51,132 nt of DNA, taken from the NCBI GenBank assembly GCA_028709885.1, contig JAQUTH010000001.1, forward strand, positions 1-51,132. Reading direction: 5' to 3'. A program made the translations under genes and the position numbers. Positions 29,450 to 38,420 of this stretch are shown piece after piece (the stretch's first letter is position 1; each line of letters starts with the position of its first letter). The notes below the pieces were generated by a model, which saw only the letters and a list, made by a program, of their open reading frames with translations, did not search any database and was not told the DNA's origin. Source of the DNA: Flavobacteriales bacterium. Its GTDB lineage: Bacteria > Bacteroidota > Bacteroidia > Flavobacteriales > UBA1820.

Positions 29450-30044
29450 AAAAGACAAAGAAATATTCCTGCGCCCTCTTTGGTTGCAAAATCCTGTTAC
29501 TATTCAAGTATTGGGAATATGCAGTGCGCTGGCAGTAACGGTTAGGACAGAATCAGCCTTGGTCATGGGGGTGGCAGTAACAGCGGTAACAGCTTTTTCG
29601 TGCCTTATACTGTCTTCTATGAGGCATATACTGCCGTCCGATGTCCGTATAATGGTACAGTTGGTGGTGGTATCCGCTTTTGTAATACTGGTGGATATGT
29701 TCTTAAAAGCTTATTTGTACAGCACATGGCGGGCGTTGACTGTTTTTGTAGGGCTCATCATTACTAACTGTATCATCATGGGACGGATAGAGTCTTTTTC
29801 GTTGTCCCATAGTCCGTGGCACGCTTTTTTAGACGGAGCAGGAAGTGGAATAGGTTATGCCTTGGTGTTGTGCGTGGTAGCTCTTCTGCGTGAAGGCTTA
29901 GGCACGGGTACTGTTTTTCAGTGGCAATGGATGAAAGTATTTACCACAGAAACACTCGGCTATGTGCCATGTGGATTTATGATACTGCCACCGATGGCAC
30001 TTATTACTCTTGGATTTTTGGTGGCAATGTGGACTAAAAAATAA
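29442..30044 (+). CDS. nqrD: Na+-translocating NADH:quinone oxidoreductase subunit D
   Basis: 200-aa polytopic membrane protein with NPVTIQVLGICSALAVT, typical of the NqrD/RnfE family. Confidence 0.92.
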   Translation: MNRKDKEIFLRPLWLQNPVTIQVLGICSALAVTVRTESALVMGVAVTAVTAFSCLILSSMRHILPSDVRIMVQLVVVSAFVILVDMFLKAYLYSTWRALTVFVGLIITNCIIMGRIESFSLSHSPWHAFLDGAGSGIGYALVLCVVALLREGLGTGTVFQWQWMKVFTTETLGYVPCGFMILPPMALITLGFLVAMWTKK

Positions 30045-30049
30045 CCGAC

Positions 30050-30667
30050 ATGGAATATTTGGACATTTTTATCAAAGCGTCCCTTGTGGACAACATGGTA
30101 TTTGCCTTTTTCTTAGGTATGTGCTCTTTTTTGGCAGTGAGCAAAAACGTAAAATCTGCCGTAGGACTGGGGGTGGCAGTGCTGGTGGTTATGGCCTTAA
30201 CGGTACCTGTTAATTACCTGATGTATAAATACATATTGGCAGATGGAGCTTTGTCATGGGCAGGGGGGCAGTACGCTGAGATAGACCTCTCATTTCTATC
30301 ATTCATCATGTACATAATAGTTATAGCATCGGTGGTGCAGTTATTGGAAATGGTGCTGGAAAGGTATTTTACTGGTTTGTACACCACACTGGGAGTGTTT
30401 TTGCCATTGATAGCGGTAAACTGCGCCATACTGGGAGCTTCTCTTTTTATGCAAAGTCAAAATTTTTCTGATGTTTATCAGTCCACAGTGTACGGAGCGG
30501 GATGTGGGGTAGGCTGGCTTTTGGCAATAGTGCTTTTGGCGTGCATACGGGAAAAAATAAGATACAGCCATATACCAAAGCCATTTGAAGGGCTGGCTAT
30601 GACTTTTATAGTTACAGGGCTTATGGCAATAGGTTTTATGGGATTTATGGGCTTTAAGATAGGTTAA
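30050..30667 (+). CDS. nqrE: Na+-translocating NADH:quinone oxidoreductase subunit E
   Basis: 205-aa polytopic membrane protein of the NqrE/RnfA family (NMVFAFFLGMCSFLAVSK, VNCAILG). Confidence 0.92.
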   Translation: MEYLDIFIKASLVDNMVFAFFLGMCSFLAVSKNVKSAVGLGVAVLVVMALTVPVNYLMYKYILADGALSWAGGQYAEIDLSFLSFIMYIIVIASVVQLLEMVLERYFTGLYTTLGVFLPLIAVNCAILGASLFMQSQNFSDVYQSTVYGAGCGVGWLLAIVLLACIREKIRYSHIPKPFEGLAMTFIVTGLMAIGFMGFMGFKIG

Positions 30668-30668
30668 A

Positions 30669-31976
30669 ATGGAAAAATGGCATCTGATACTGATAACAGG
30701 GTTGGTCTTTACATCGGTTGTACTCATCTTGGTGAGTGTTCTGGTTGTGGTACGTGGAAAACTCTTTCGCTCATCTGAGGTTATCATCACCATAAATGAA
30801 GACAAAAAACTAAAAGTCAAAACAGGAGAAAGTCTTTTGAGTACTCTTTCTCAAAATAAGATATATCTCCCTTCGGCGTGCGGAGGACAAGGCACATGCG
30901 GTATGTGCAAATGTCAGATATTTAGTGGTGTAAATGGTTATTTACCCACCGAAGAACCATTTTTTACCCGTGGACAATTACTTAATCATTGGCATTTGGC
31001 GTGTCAGGTAAAAGTCCGCAAAGACATGAGTATATCTGTCCCAGACGAAATATTCGGCATAAAAAAATGGGAATGTACAGTCATTTCTAACTACAACGTA
31101 GCCACATTTATCAAAGCATTCATTGTGCGCCTACCCGAAGGAGAAACCCTTAAATTCAAAGCCGGAGGATACATACAGGTGGACGTTCCCAAGTGTAGCG
31201 TTGATTATAAAGACATAGACATTTCCCCATCACCAGATGACCCTGCCGGTAAAGACAAATACCGTGCAGACTGGGATTCTCTTGGGTTGTGGAGTCTTAA
31301 AATGGAAAACAAAGAACCCCTTTTCAGAGCATATTCCATGGCAAACCACCCTGCCGAAGGCAACATCATAATGCTCACCGTGCGCATAGCAACACCGCCG
31401 TATGATTTTGCTACACAGAAATTCAAAGATGTGCCACCTGGTAAATGCTCGTCTTATATTTTTTCCAGAAAAGTTGGCGATAAAGTAACCATATCTGGAC
31501 CTTATGGAGAATTTTTTATAAACGAAAAAACAGATGCTCAAATGGTGTACATAGGTGGTGGAGCTGGTATGGCACCGCTTCGTTCGCATATATTGCATCT
31601 TTTGGAAACGCAACATTCTCAGCGCCCTATTTATTTTTATTATGGTGCAAGAAATAAAAACGAACTCTTTTTTCAAGATGACTTCAAAGCATTGGAAAAA
31701 AAGTATCCTAATTTTCATTTTTTCCCAGTACTATCTTCTCCCTTGCCTACCGATGTATGGAGTGAGAAAAAAGATGAAACAGACAGTAGCGGAGACGGTT
31801 TTTTGGGGTATGTGCATCAGGCGGTAGAAAAAAATCATCTCAAAAAACACCCTTTTCCCGAAGATATAGAATATTATTTTTGTGGACCACCAGCTATGAA
31901 TGCCTCAGTGGTGGATATGTGTAAACGTTATGGTGTGCCAAATGAAAATATGCACTATGATGATTTCGGAGGATAA
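30669..31976 (+). CDS. nqrF: Na+-translocating NADH:quinone oxidoreductase subunit F
   Basis: 435-aa ORF. N-terminal TM helix, 2Fe-2S ferredoxin motif CGGQGTCGMCKC, FAD motif RAYSMAN, NADH-binding GGGAGMAP. Confidence 0.93.
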   Translation: MEKWHLILITGLVFTSVVLILVSVLVVVRGKLFRSSEVIITINEDKKLKVKTGESLLSTLSQNKIYLPSACGGQGTCGMCKCQIFSGVNGYLPTEEPFFTRGQLLNHWHLACQVKVRKDMSISVPDEIFGIKKWECTVISNYNVATFIKAFIVRLPEGETLKFKAGGYIQVDVPKCSVDYKDIDISPSPDDPAGKDKYRADWDSLGLWSLKMENKEPLFRAYSMANHPAEGNIIMLTVRIATPPYDFATQKFKDVPPGKCSSYIFSRKVGDKVTISGPYGEFFINEKTDAQMVYIGGGAGMAPLRSHILHLLETQHSQRPIYFYYGARNKNELFFQDDFKALEKKYPNFHFFPVLSSPLPTDVWSEKKDETDSSGDGFLGYVHQAVEKNHLKKHPFPEDIEYYFCGPPAMNASVVDMCKRYGVPNENMHYDDFGG

Positions 31977-31992
31977 AAGGCTAAAAAATTCG

Positions 31993-32000
31993 TACCTTTG
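31993..32000 (+). promoter_or_regulatory. Putative -7 promoter box (TACCTTTG) for uvrA
   Basis: Exact TAnnTTTG match 29 nt upstream of the ATG at 32029. Confidence 0.5.
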
Positions 32001-32028
32001 CAGGTGCTAAAAACAAAGCACCACCACC

Positions 32029-34851
32029 ATGGATAAAAACACACCAAAAATAGACATATACGGAGCAAGAGAACATAATCTGAAAGACATAAGCCTTAGC
32101 ATACCACGAGGTAAACTGGTGGTGGTAACAGGACTTTCAGGTAGTGGAAAATCCTCATTGGCGTTTGATACCATATATGCCGAGGGACAGCGAAGATACA
32201 TAGAAACATTTTCGTCCTATGCCCGTCAGTTTTTAGGTGGAATGGAACGCCCCGATGTAGATAAAATAGACGGTCTTTCGCCCGTTATATCAATAGAACA
32301 AAAGACTACGAGCAAAAACCCACGTTCTACCGTTGGCACTATAACAGAGATATATGACTTTTTGCGATTGCTCTACGCCCGTGCTTCGGATGCTTTTTCC
32401 CCAGAGACAGGAGAAAAAATGGTGAGCCATACCGATGAACAGATACAAGACATCATAGCAGCTAAATACGCCGATAAGAAAATAGTGATACTCGCTCCGG
32501 TGGTGCGCAGTAGAAAAGGACATTACCGAGAACTTTTTGAAAACGTATTAAAAATGGGTTTTATAAAAGTAAGAGTGGACTCAGAAATACGGGATATAAC
32601 CAGCGGAATGCGTCTTGATAGATACAAAACACATGATATAGAAATAGTTATAGACCGTATTATTAGTCCTCAGAGTGCAGGTTCTCGACTATCAGAAGCG
32701 GTCAAGACAGCTATGTATCACGGCGAGGGGACGCTTTTGGTGCAGGACTATGACACAGGCGATGTTCAGTATTTTTCTCGGGCACTGATGTGTCCCACCA
32801 CAGGAATGTCATATCAGTTACCAGAACCAAATACTTTTTCTTTTAACTCACCAAAAGGAGCGTGCCCAGAATGTTCAGGCATAGGCGAGGTGCTTTTGAT
32901 AGATATCAATAAAGTAATACCAGACCCATCACTGAGCATCAAGGACGGAGGCATAGCACCGCTTGGAACGTACAAAAAGACATGGATTTTCCAGCAAATG
33001 GAAGCCATAGCACGTCGTTACGGCTTTACGCTCTCCACACCAATAAAAGACATTCCCGAAGAAGCAATGCACGTCATTCTTCACGGAGGGCAAGAAGTAT
33101 TTTCGCAGTTAGTAGAAGAAATAGGCGTTACCCGTAGTTATGAGATAGATTTTGAAGGAATAGCGGCATTCATCCGCACGCAAGCCGAAGACACTGAAAG
33201 CAAGACTCTTTCGCGTTGGGCGCGGGAATTTATGAACGAAGTAACCTGTCCAGTATGTGGAGGTTCACGTCTTAAAAAAGAGTCTATGTGCTTTAAGATA
33301 GGTGGAAAAACCATTGCCGAAGTAGCAGATATGCCATTGTCAAGTCTGCCTCAATGGTACGATGAAGCCTTTGCCTCTATGAATGAGAAGCAAAAGAAAA
33401 TAGGCACAGAAATATTTAAGGAACTACACACCAGAACACAGTTTTTGCTGGATGTAGGATTGGATTACTTGTCTCTTTCTCGCAGTAGCAAGAGCCTTTC
33501 CGGAGGAGAAAGCCAAAGAATACGCCTTGCCACACAGATAGGTTCACAGTTGGTAGGGGTACTTTATATTTTAGATGAACCATCAATAGGACTTCATCAA
33601 CGTGATAATCAGAAACTTATAACATCTCTTAGGAAACTCCGCGATGCCGGCAATAGCGTCATAGTGGTGGAACATGACCGCGACATGATGCTTGCTGCCG
33701 ATAATATCATAGACATAGGACCCGCCGCAGGCGAAAAAGGAGGCAATGTAGTATGGCAAGGTTCGCCCGAAGAGCTTTCAAAAGCGCACACACTTACCGC
33801 TGACTACATAAACGGTGTCAAAAAGATAGAAGTCCCACAAAAACCACGCAAGGGCAGTGGAAAAATACTTCGCCTATGTGGAGCGAACGGCAATAACCTC
33901 AAAAACGTAACAGTAGATTTTCCATTGGGAAAACTGATATGTGTAACGGGAGTATCGGGTAGCGGGAAAAGCACGCTTATAAACGACACCTTATACCCCA
34001 TATTAAATGCTCACTTTTTCAATGCTTTGGCAAAACCAAAACCATATCAAAAGATAGAAGGGCTGGAAAATATAGACAAAGTAATAGCCATAGACCAGTC
34101 TCCGATAGGGCGCACACCACGTTCCAATCCAGCCACTTATACGGGCGTTTTTTCAGATATTCGTTCGCTTTTTGCAGAAGTGCCAGAAGCTAAGATACGA
34201 GGTTACAAAGCGGGGCGTTTTTCTTTCAATGTAAAAGGCGGACGCTGTGAGGAATGTCAGGGTGCAGGCTTGAAAATTATAGAGATGAACTTCCTGCCAG
34301 ACGTGCATGTGCATTGTCCTGAATGTTCAGGCAAACGCTATAACCGTGAAACATTGGAAGTGCGTTACCATGGTAAATCCATTTCCGATGTTCTGGATAT
34401 GAGCATAGACGATGCTGTTGATTTTTTTCAACATATACCCATCATTTATCGCAAGATAAAAACACTGCAAGATGTTGGTCTGGGGTATCTTACTCTGGGA
34501 CAGCAGAGTACAACCCTTTCAGGTGGTGAGGCTCAGCGTGTAAAATTAGCCACTGAACTGTCTAAAAAAGACACCGGTAACACTTTTTACATCCTTGACG
34601 AACCTACCACGGGGCTTCATTTTGAGGATATTCGCGTGCTGATGAACATACTTGGTACATTGGTAGATAAGGGCAATACTGTTCTGGTGATAGAGCATAA
34701 TATGGATGTTATAAAAATGGCAGACCATATCATAGATATGGGCCCAGAAGGTGGAGAAAAAGGCGGTACAGTAGTGGTGGAAGGTACTGTGCAGCAGGTG
34801 GTGAAGTCTAAAAAAGGTTATACTGCTCCTTTTTTGGCATTGGAGTTATAA
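32029..34851 (+). CDS. uvrA: Excinuclease ABC subunit A
   Basis: 940-aa ORF with two ABC ATPase modules ([14 protein letters not shown]; [10 protein letters not shown]; two LSGGE signatures) and zinc-finger motifs ([16 protein letters not shown]...CPECSG). Confidence 0.96.
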   Translation: MDKNTPKIDIYGAREHNLKDISLSIPRGKLVVVTGLSGSGKSSLAFDTIYAEGQRRYIETFSSYARQFLGGMERPDVDKIDGLSPVISIEQKTTSKNPRSTVGTITEIYDFLRLLYARASDAFSPETGEKMVSHTDEQIQDIIAAKYADKKIVILAPVVRSRKGHYRELFENVLKMGFIKVRVDSEIRDITSGMRLDRYKTHDIEIVIDRIISPQSAGSRLSEAVKTAMYHGEGTLLVQDYDTGDVQYFSRALMCPTTGMSYQLPEPNTFSFNSPKGACPECSGIGEVLLIDINKVIPDPSLSIKDGGIAPLGTYKKTWIFQQMEAIARRYGFTLSTPIKDIPEEAMHVILHGGQEVFSQLVEEIGVTRSYEIDFEGIAAFIRTQAEDTESKTLSRWAREFMNEVTCPVCGGSRLKKESMCFKIGGKTIAEVADMPLSSLPQWYDEAFASMNEKQKKIGTEIFKELHTRTQFLLDVGLDYLSLSRSSKSLSGGESQRIRLATQIGSQLVGVLYILDEPSIGLHQRDNQKLITSLRKLRDAGNSVIVVEHDRDMMLAADNIIDIGPAAGEKGGNVVWQGSPEELSKAHTLTADYINGVKKIEVPQKPRKGSGKILRLCGANGNNLKNVTVDFPLGKLICVTGVSGSGKSTLINDTLYPILNAHFFNALAKPKPYQKIEGLENIDKVIAIDQSPIGRTPRSNPATYTGVFSDIRSLFAEVPEAKIRGYKAGRFSFNVKGGRCEECQGAGLKIIEMNFLPDVHVHCPECSGKRYNRETLEVRYHGKSISDVLDMSIDDAVDFFQHIPIIYRKIKTLQDVGLGYLTLGQQSTTLSGGEAQRVKLATELSKKDTGNTFYILDEPTTGLHFEDIRVLMNILGTLVDKGNTVLVIEHNMDVIKMADHIIDMGPEGGEKGGTVVVEGTVQQVVKSKKGYTAPFLALEL

Positions 34852-34871
34852 AAAATGTTTACTTGAAATAA

Positions 34872-34900
34872 GAAAAGGCTCGCCGTAGGCGAGCCTTTTC
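34872..34900 (+). terminator. Rho-independent terminator of uvrA; member of the GGCTCGCC palindrome family
   Basis: GAAAAGGCTCGCC-GTA-GGCGAGCCTTTTC, a 13-bp perfect stem. Confidence 0.8.
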
Positions 34901-34972
34901 TCGTGATACTGAACATGTGGAAAAATGTCAAAAAAGTATGTTAATATTTCTCTTTTTTGTAAAAATAGTATG

Positions 34973-34980
34973 TACATTAG
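34973..34980 (+). promoter_or_regulatory. Possible variant -7 box (TACATTAG) with an upstream TTTG
   Basis: One mismatch to TAnnTTTG, 40 nt upstream of the ATG at 35020. A TTTG at 34956..34959 is at roughly -33 spacing. Confidence 0.3.
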
Positions 34981-35019
34981 CAGAACAAATGAAAACATAA
35001 TTTTAAATTACTTACTATA

Positions 35020-35325
35020 ATGAAAATAAAAAAAATTTTTTTATTAGCATTGTGTGTGGGAATAATAGTACCATTCATGGCATACGCCAACGGAAATGGA
35101 GAAGGCGATGATGTAATAACCCCTGTTTATGATATGAAAGATTATAACATAGACTGCGAACTATATATATATGAGTTTTATGGTGAATCAGGTGTTGATT
35201 ATGTGGCATCTCCTGTTGAAATACAAAGAGATGGATACGTGCTTATAAATACGTGGACTGGTTCAAAAGTTTTATATGAAAAATGTGATGGTGGAATTTG
35301 TTATCCTACGTATTGCCAAGATTGA
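35020..35325 (+). CDS. Small secreted Cys-containing protein, function unknown
   Basis: 101-aa ORF. Signal peptide MKIKKIFLLALCVGIIVPFMAYA. The predicted 78-aa mature part is acidic and aromatic, has 4 Cys, and ends KCDGGICYPTYCQD. It lies 21 nt upstream of the propeller lipoprotein gene, in low-GC DNA. Confidence 0.55.
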   Translation: MKIKKIFLLALCVGIIVPFMAYANGNGEGDDVITPVYDMKDYNIDCELYIYEFYGESGVDYVASPVEIQRDGYVLINTWTGSKVLYEKCDGGICYPTYCQD

Positions 35326-35346
35326 AAAATTAATATCTAAATAAGT

Positions 35347-36642
35347 ATGAATAAATTACAAATAACAATAATGGCGCTATGCGCAATTATTGTTTCTTCA
35401 TGTGGTAGCAAGGAACTATCCTTGCCAAAAGAAGTCAAGGTGTTGCATTTGGATTTGGATAAAGCAGAAAAACATAAGGATATATCTGAAATGTTTGACA
35501 CTTCATATTTCCGTATAATACCTCTGGAAACAAAAAAAGAATGTCTGGTAGGAGGGGAAATAAGAAACATATTTTACAGAAACGACCGCATATACGTGTG
35601 GGAAGAACAGACAAAAGGTGTGTTTATGTTTGACCAAAATGGCAAATATCTCAATAAGATACAGACACCGGGTGAAGGTCCTAATGAATATTTAAACCTG
35701 TCAAAGGTAAGAATAACTGATGACCGTATATATTTGGAAGATAATTATGGTAGTAAAATACTATATTATGATTTGGACTGCAACTACTTAGGAAAAATAA
35801 GTGAAAGAGAGTTCTTTAAAAACACGTTTAATCCTAATGATTTCTTTGTCTTAGGGGATAGAATGTTTTTCTTTAATTTTTTCTTGGATACTTATCCAGA
35901 AAAATATGGCAATGTTCCGTATAAGGCTTGTTCCACTGATATGGAACTGAAAAATCCTAAAAAATTTTTACCTTATGACATAAAAAATGCTCCATCATCT
36001 TATTTCTATTTGGTGGAACAATTTTATGCACCTGTAAATGGAAATGTTCACTTCATGTGTTCTAAATACGATACCATATACGTAGCGTCAAAAGATACCA
36101 TAGTCCCTAAGTATGTCCTTGATTTTGGAAAACGCCAACTTCCGAAATCTCTTTCAAAAGGTGATTATCTTGATGTTAGGGAAAATGAAGAATATGACAA
36201 CTATGTCTTAGGTGTCAAAAAACTTTGGGATACAAAAAACTATTTGATACTTAATTTCACTTATGGGGCGTTTCCTGCGTCAAAGTGTACGTTTCCTGAT
36301 GAAATAAAAAAAGATCCTGAAAAGAGAAAAGAATGGTCAAGAAAATGGCCTACAAATGAATATCATGTGTTTATAGATAAAAGAACAGGAGAATATTCAC
36401 TGGCAAATGGTATAAACATATCTAAATTCATACGTTACCGTACCAATTTTGCTTTTGTAGACGGAGATTATACAATATGGTATGATGCAATGTTGCCTTT
36501 TGATTTTGATAAAGATGGCAAATATAAATATGATGTAAAAATGCCTGAAAATCCTCGTTATGCTCGGGCATGGAATGAGGTGAATGCTACACTTAATCCT
36601 AACAGCAATCCTGTTATCACTATCTTTAAAATGAAAGACTGA
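35347..36642 (+). CDS. BF3164-family 6-bladed beta-propeller lipoprotein
   Basis: 431-aa ORF with lipobox IVSS|C. The family-typical N-terminal block is IIPLETKKECLVGGEIRNIFYRNDRIYV...VFMFDQNGKYLNKIQTPGEGPNEY. GC about 28-30%. Confidence 0.8.
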   Translation: MNKLQITIMALCAIIVSSCGSKELSLPKEVKVLHLDLDKAEKHKDISEMFDTSYFRIIPLETKKECLVGGEIRNIFYRNDRIYVWEEQTKGVFMFDQNGKYLNKIQTPGEGPNEYLNLSKVRITDDRIYLEDNYGSKILYYDLDCNYLGKISEREFFKNTFNPNDFFVLGDRMFFFNFFLDTYPEKYGNVPYKACSTDMELKNPKKFLPYDIKNAPSSYFYLVEQFYAPVNGNVHFMCSKYDTIYVASKDTIVPKYVLDFGKRQLPKSLSKGDYLDVRENEEYDNYVLGVKKLWDTKNYLILNFTYGAFPASKCTFPDEIKKDPEKRKEWSRKWPTNEYHVFIDKRTGEYSLANGINISKFIRYRTNFAFVDGDYTIWYDAMLPFDFDKDGKYKYDVKMPENPRYARAWNEVNATLNPNSNPVITIFKMKD

Positions 36643-36650
36643 TTTCTATC

Positions 36651-36693
36651 AATAACCAACAAGGCTCGCCTATGGCGAGCCTTGTTGGTTATT
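36651..36693. terminator. Bidirectional terminator with a 20-bp perfect stem; member of the GGCTCGCC palindrome family
   Basis: AATAACCAACAAGGCTCGCC-TAT-GGCGAGCCTTGTTGGTTATT, between convergent genes. Confidence 0.85.
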
Positions 36694-36707
36694 AGAAGTA
36701 GAATAAA

Positions 36708-37109
36708 TTATTCCACAGCCTTTATTTTCTTTGTAACATCGTCTAAGAAACTACGTAACGGACGCTCCACCATCATGCGGAGCATAGGATTTACGTCGGC
36801 ATCTATCACCACTTGCACAGCACAATGAGTATCGTCCACTGTTTTTATGTTTACTATAAGTGAAACTTTGGCACCCATAGGAGTGCTGTACACCACTTGC
36901 GAAGGGACGGTGAATGATTGACGCACCATTTTAATCTCTGGCATACCTCCTATTGTAAAAGCAAACCAAGGCAAATTAAAGTCCTCGCCACATTTGAAAT
37001 TACTGACAGCAGAGGGCATAAATTCACGAAAACGTTCCACGTCATTCACGGTAGAAAAAACTTTCTCACCCGAGTGACCTATCTCTGTAAAAGGAGTTTC
37101 TAATTTCAT
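36708..37109 (-). CDS. Hypothetical protein, possibly SRPBCC (START/CoxG-like) fold
   Basis: 133-aa ORF directly downstream of pyrE on the same strand. No signal peptide. The length and alternating pattern are compatible with an SRPBCC ligand-binding fold, but I recognise no diagnostic motif. Confidence 0.5.
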   Translation of the reverse strand: MKLETPFTEIGHSGEKVFSTVNDVERFREFMPSAVSNFKCGEDFNLPWFAFTIGGMPEIKMVRQSFTVPSQVVYSTPMGAKVSLIVNIKTVDDTHCAVQVVIDADVNPMLRMMVERPLRSFLDDVTKKIKAVE

Positions 37110-37140
37110 ATATTCATAATGTTTTTGTTGGGTTAAATAT

Positions 37141-37782
37141 CTATTTTTTCCATGTAGAAGGACTCTTGCGCCATTCTTGGAGTAGTTCTATGTCATGTTC
37201 ATGAATGTATCCTTTTTCTACCGCTTTTTCTATCAGCACATCATACTGACAAAGAGTGATAAGACGCACATCAGCCAAAGAAAAATTATCCTCAGCCACC
37301 TCAAAACCATAAGTCATGATAGCCGCCATGTACAGAACCTCTGCACCAGCCTCACGAAGAGCCTCCACAGCGCAAAGACTACTGCCTCCGGTGCTTATAA
37401 GGTCTTCTATGACAACGACTTTTGCATTTTTAGGAAGCGAACCCTCTATCTGATTTTTTCTGCCGTGTTTTTTAGCCTCAGGACGCACATAGACAAAAGG
37501 CAAGCCCAACATCTGAGCCACCAACATACCTATGGCAATGGCTCCGGTGGCAACTCCTGCTATAACATCTGGCTTAGTTTCATTATTTTCTATTATCTTT
37601 GTCATGGATTCCGCCAAAAAAGTGCGAATCTCGGGGTAGGAGAGAGTGAGACGGTTATCGCAATAAATAGGCGAATACCAACCGCTTGCCCATGTGAAAT
37701 AATCCTCGGGAGAAAGTTTTACAGCCTGAATATCCAGCAGATATTCAGCAGTTTGAAGTGCTGTGGCAGTGTCTTTTAACAT
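37141..37782 (-). CDS. pyrE: Orotate phosphoribosyltransferase
   Basis: 213-aa ORF with the PRPP-binding motif VVVIEDLISTGGSS and SGWYSPIYCDNR near the N-terminus. Confidence 0.93.
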   Translation of the reverse strand: MLKDTATALQTAEYLLDIQAVKLSPEDYFTWASGWYSPIYCDNRLTLSYPEIRTFLAESMTKIIENNETKPDVIAGVATGAIAIGMLVAQMLGLPFVYVRPEAKKHGRKNQIEGSLPKNAKVVVIEDLISTGGSSLCAVEALREAGAEVLYMAAIMTYGFEVAEDNFSLADVRLITLCQYDVLIEKAVEKGYIHEHDIELLQEWRKSPSTWKK

Positions 37783-37808
37783 CTTATGTATCTAAAAAAG
37801 TTATTATA

Positions 37809-38420
37809 ATGTACAAAGTTTTCATTGGCGATAACCAAATAACCTTCCCCAAGCAATACTCTGAGTGCGAAGGAGCTATCTTTACCGACCCTACCGAAGA
37901 AACTATCCGCGGAGTCATCCAAGATTGCTTTGGCAAAGGTAGTGTAAAAATATCTCTTTTTTCTCAAAACCACCAAGAGTTAATAGATATATTTGAGAAA
38001 AATTTTCAGCACATACCAGCCGCAGGAGGCATTGTCCGTCAGAATGACACAGAAAAAATACTCTTTATACACCGAGGAGGACTATGGGATTTGCCCAAAG
38101 GGTGGATGGAAAAAGGAGAAACCAAAGAACAAAGTGCTCTACGGGAAGTAAGAGAAGAAACAGGACTCACGGATTTGAAAAATGACGGTTTTGTCTATAC
38201 ATCTCGTCATGCTTACATCTTAAAAGGCAAATGGGCGCTAAAAAGAACACACTGGTACGCTATGACAACATTTGCCACAGACACCACACCGCAAATAGAA
38301 GAAGGCATAGACCAAGCCAAATGGTTTGCTCTGGATGAAGTAGAAACGCCGCTAACCCACACATACTCATCTATAAAAGAGACTTTTTCACACTACCGAG
38401 AAAAATACCTAAAATTATGA
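37809..38420 (+). CDS. NUDIX hydrolase
   Basis: Nudix box GWMEKGETKEQSALREVREETGL. I set the start at ATG 37809 (MYKVFIGDNQ) because the listed 37758 extension overlaps the pyrE start. Confidence 0.85.
   Translation: MYKVFIGDNQITFPKQYSECEGAIFTDPTEETIRGVIQDCFGKGSVKISLFSQNHQELIDIFEKNFQHIPAAGGIVRQNDTEKILFIHRGGLWDLPKGWMEKGETKEQSALREVREETGLTDLKNDGFVYTSRHAYILKGKWALKRTHWYAMTTFATDTTPQIEEGIDQAKWFALDEVETPLTHTYSSIKETFSHYREKYLKL

Noticed and set aside
37195-37779. 194-aa ORF antisense to pyrE, and similar long shadow ORFs (561..959, 12276..12659, 15593..15967, 19537..19947, 25465..25902, 30341..30820, 31230..31718, 46757..47227)
   Set aside because: Each lies entirely inside a well-supported conserved gene on the opposite strand. 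Their translations are compositionally odd (Cys/His/Arg/Phe-rich, low complexity) with no recognisable motifs. These are typical antisense shadow ORFs.
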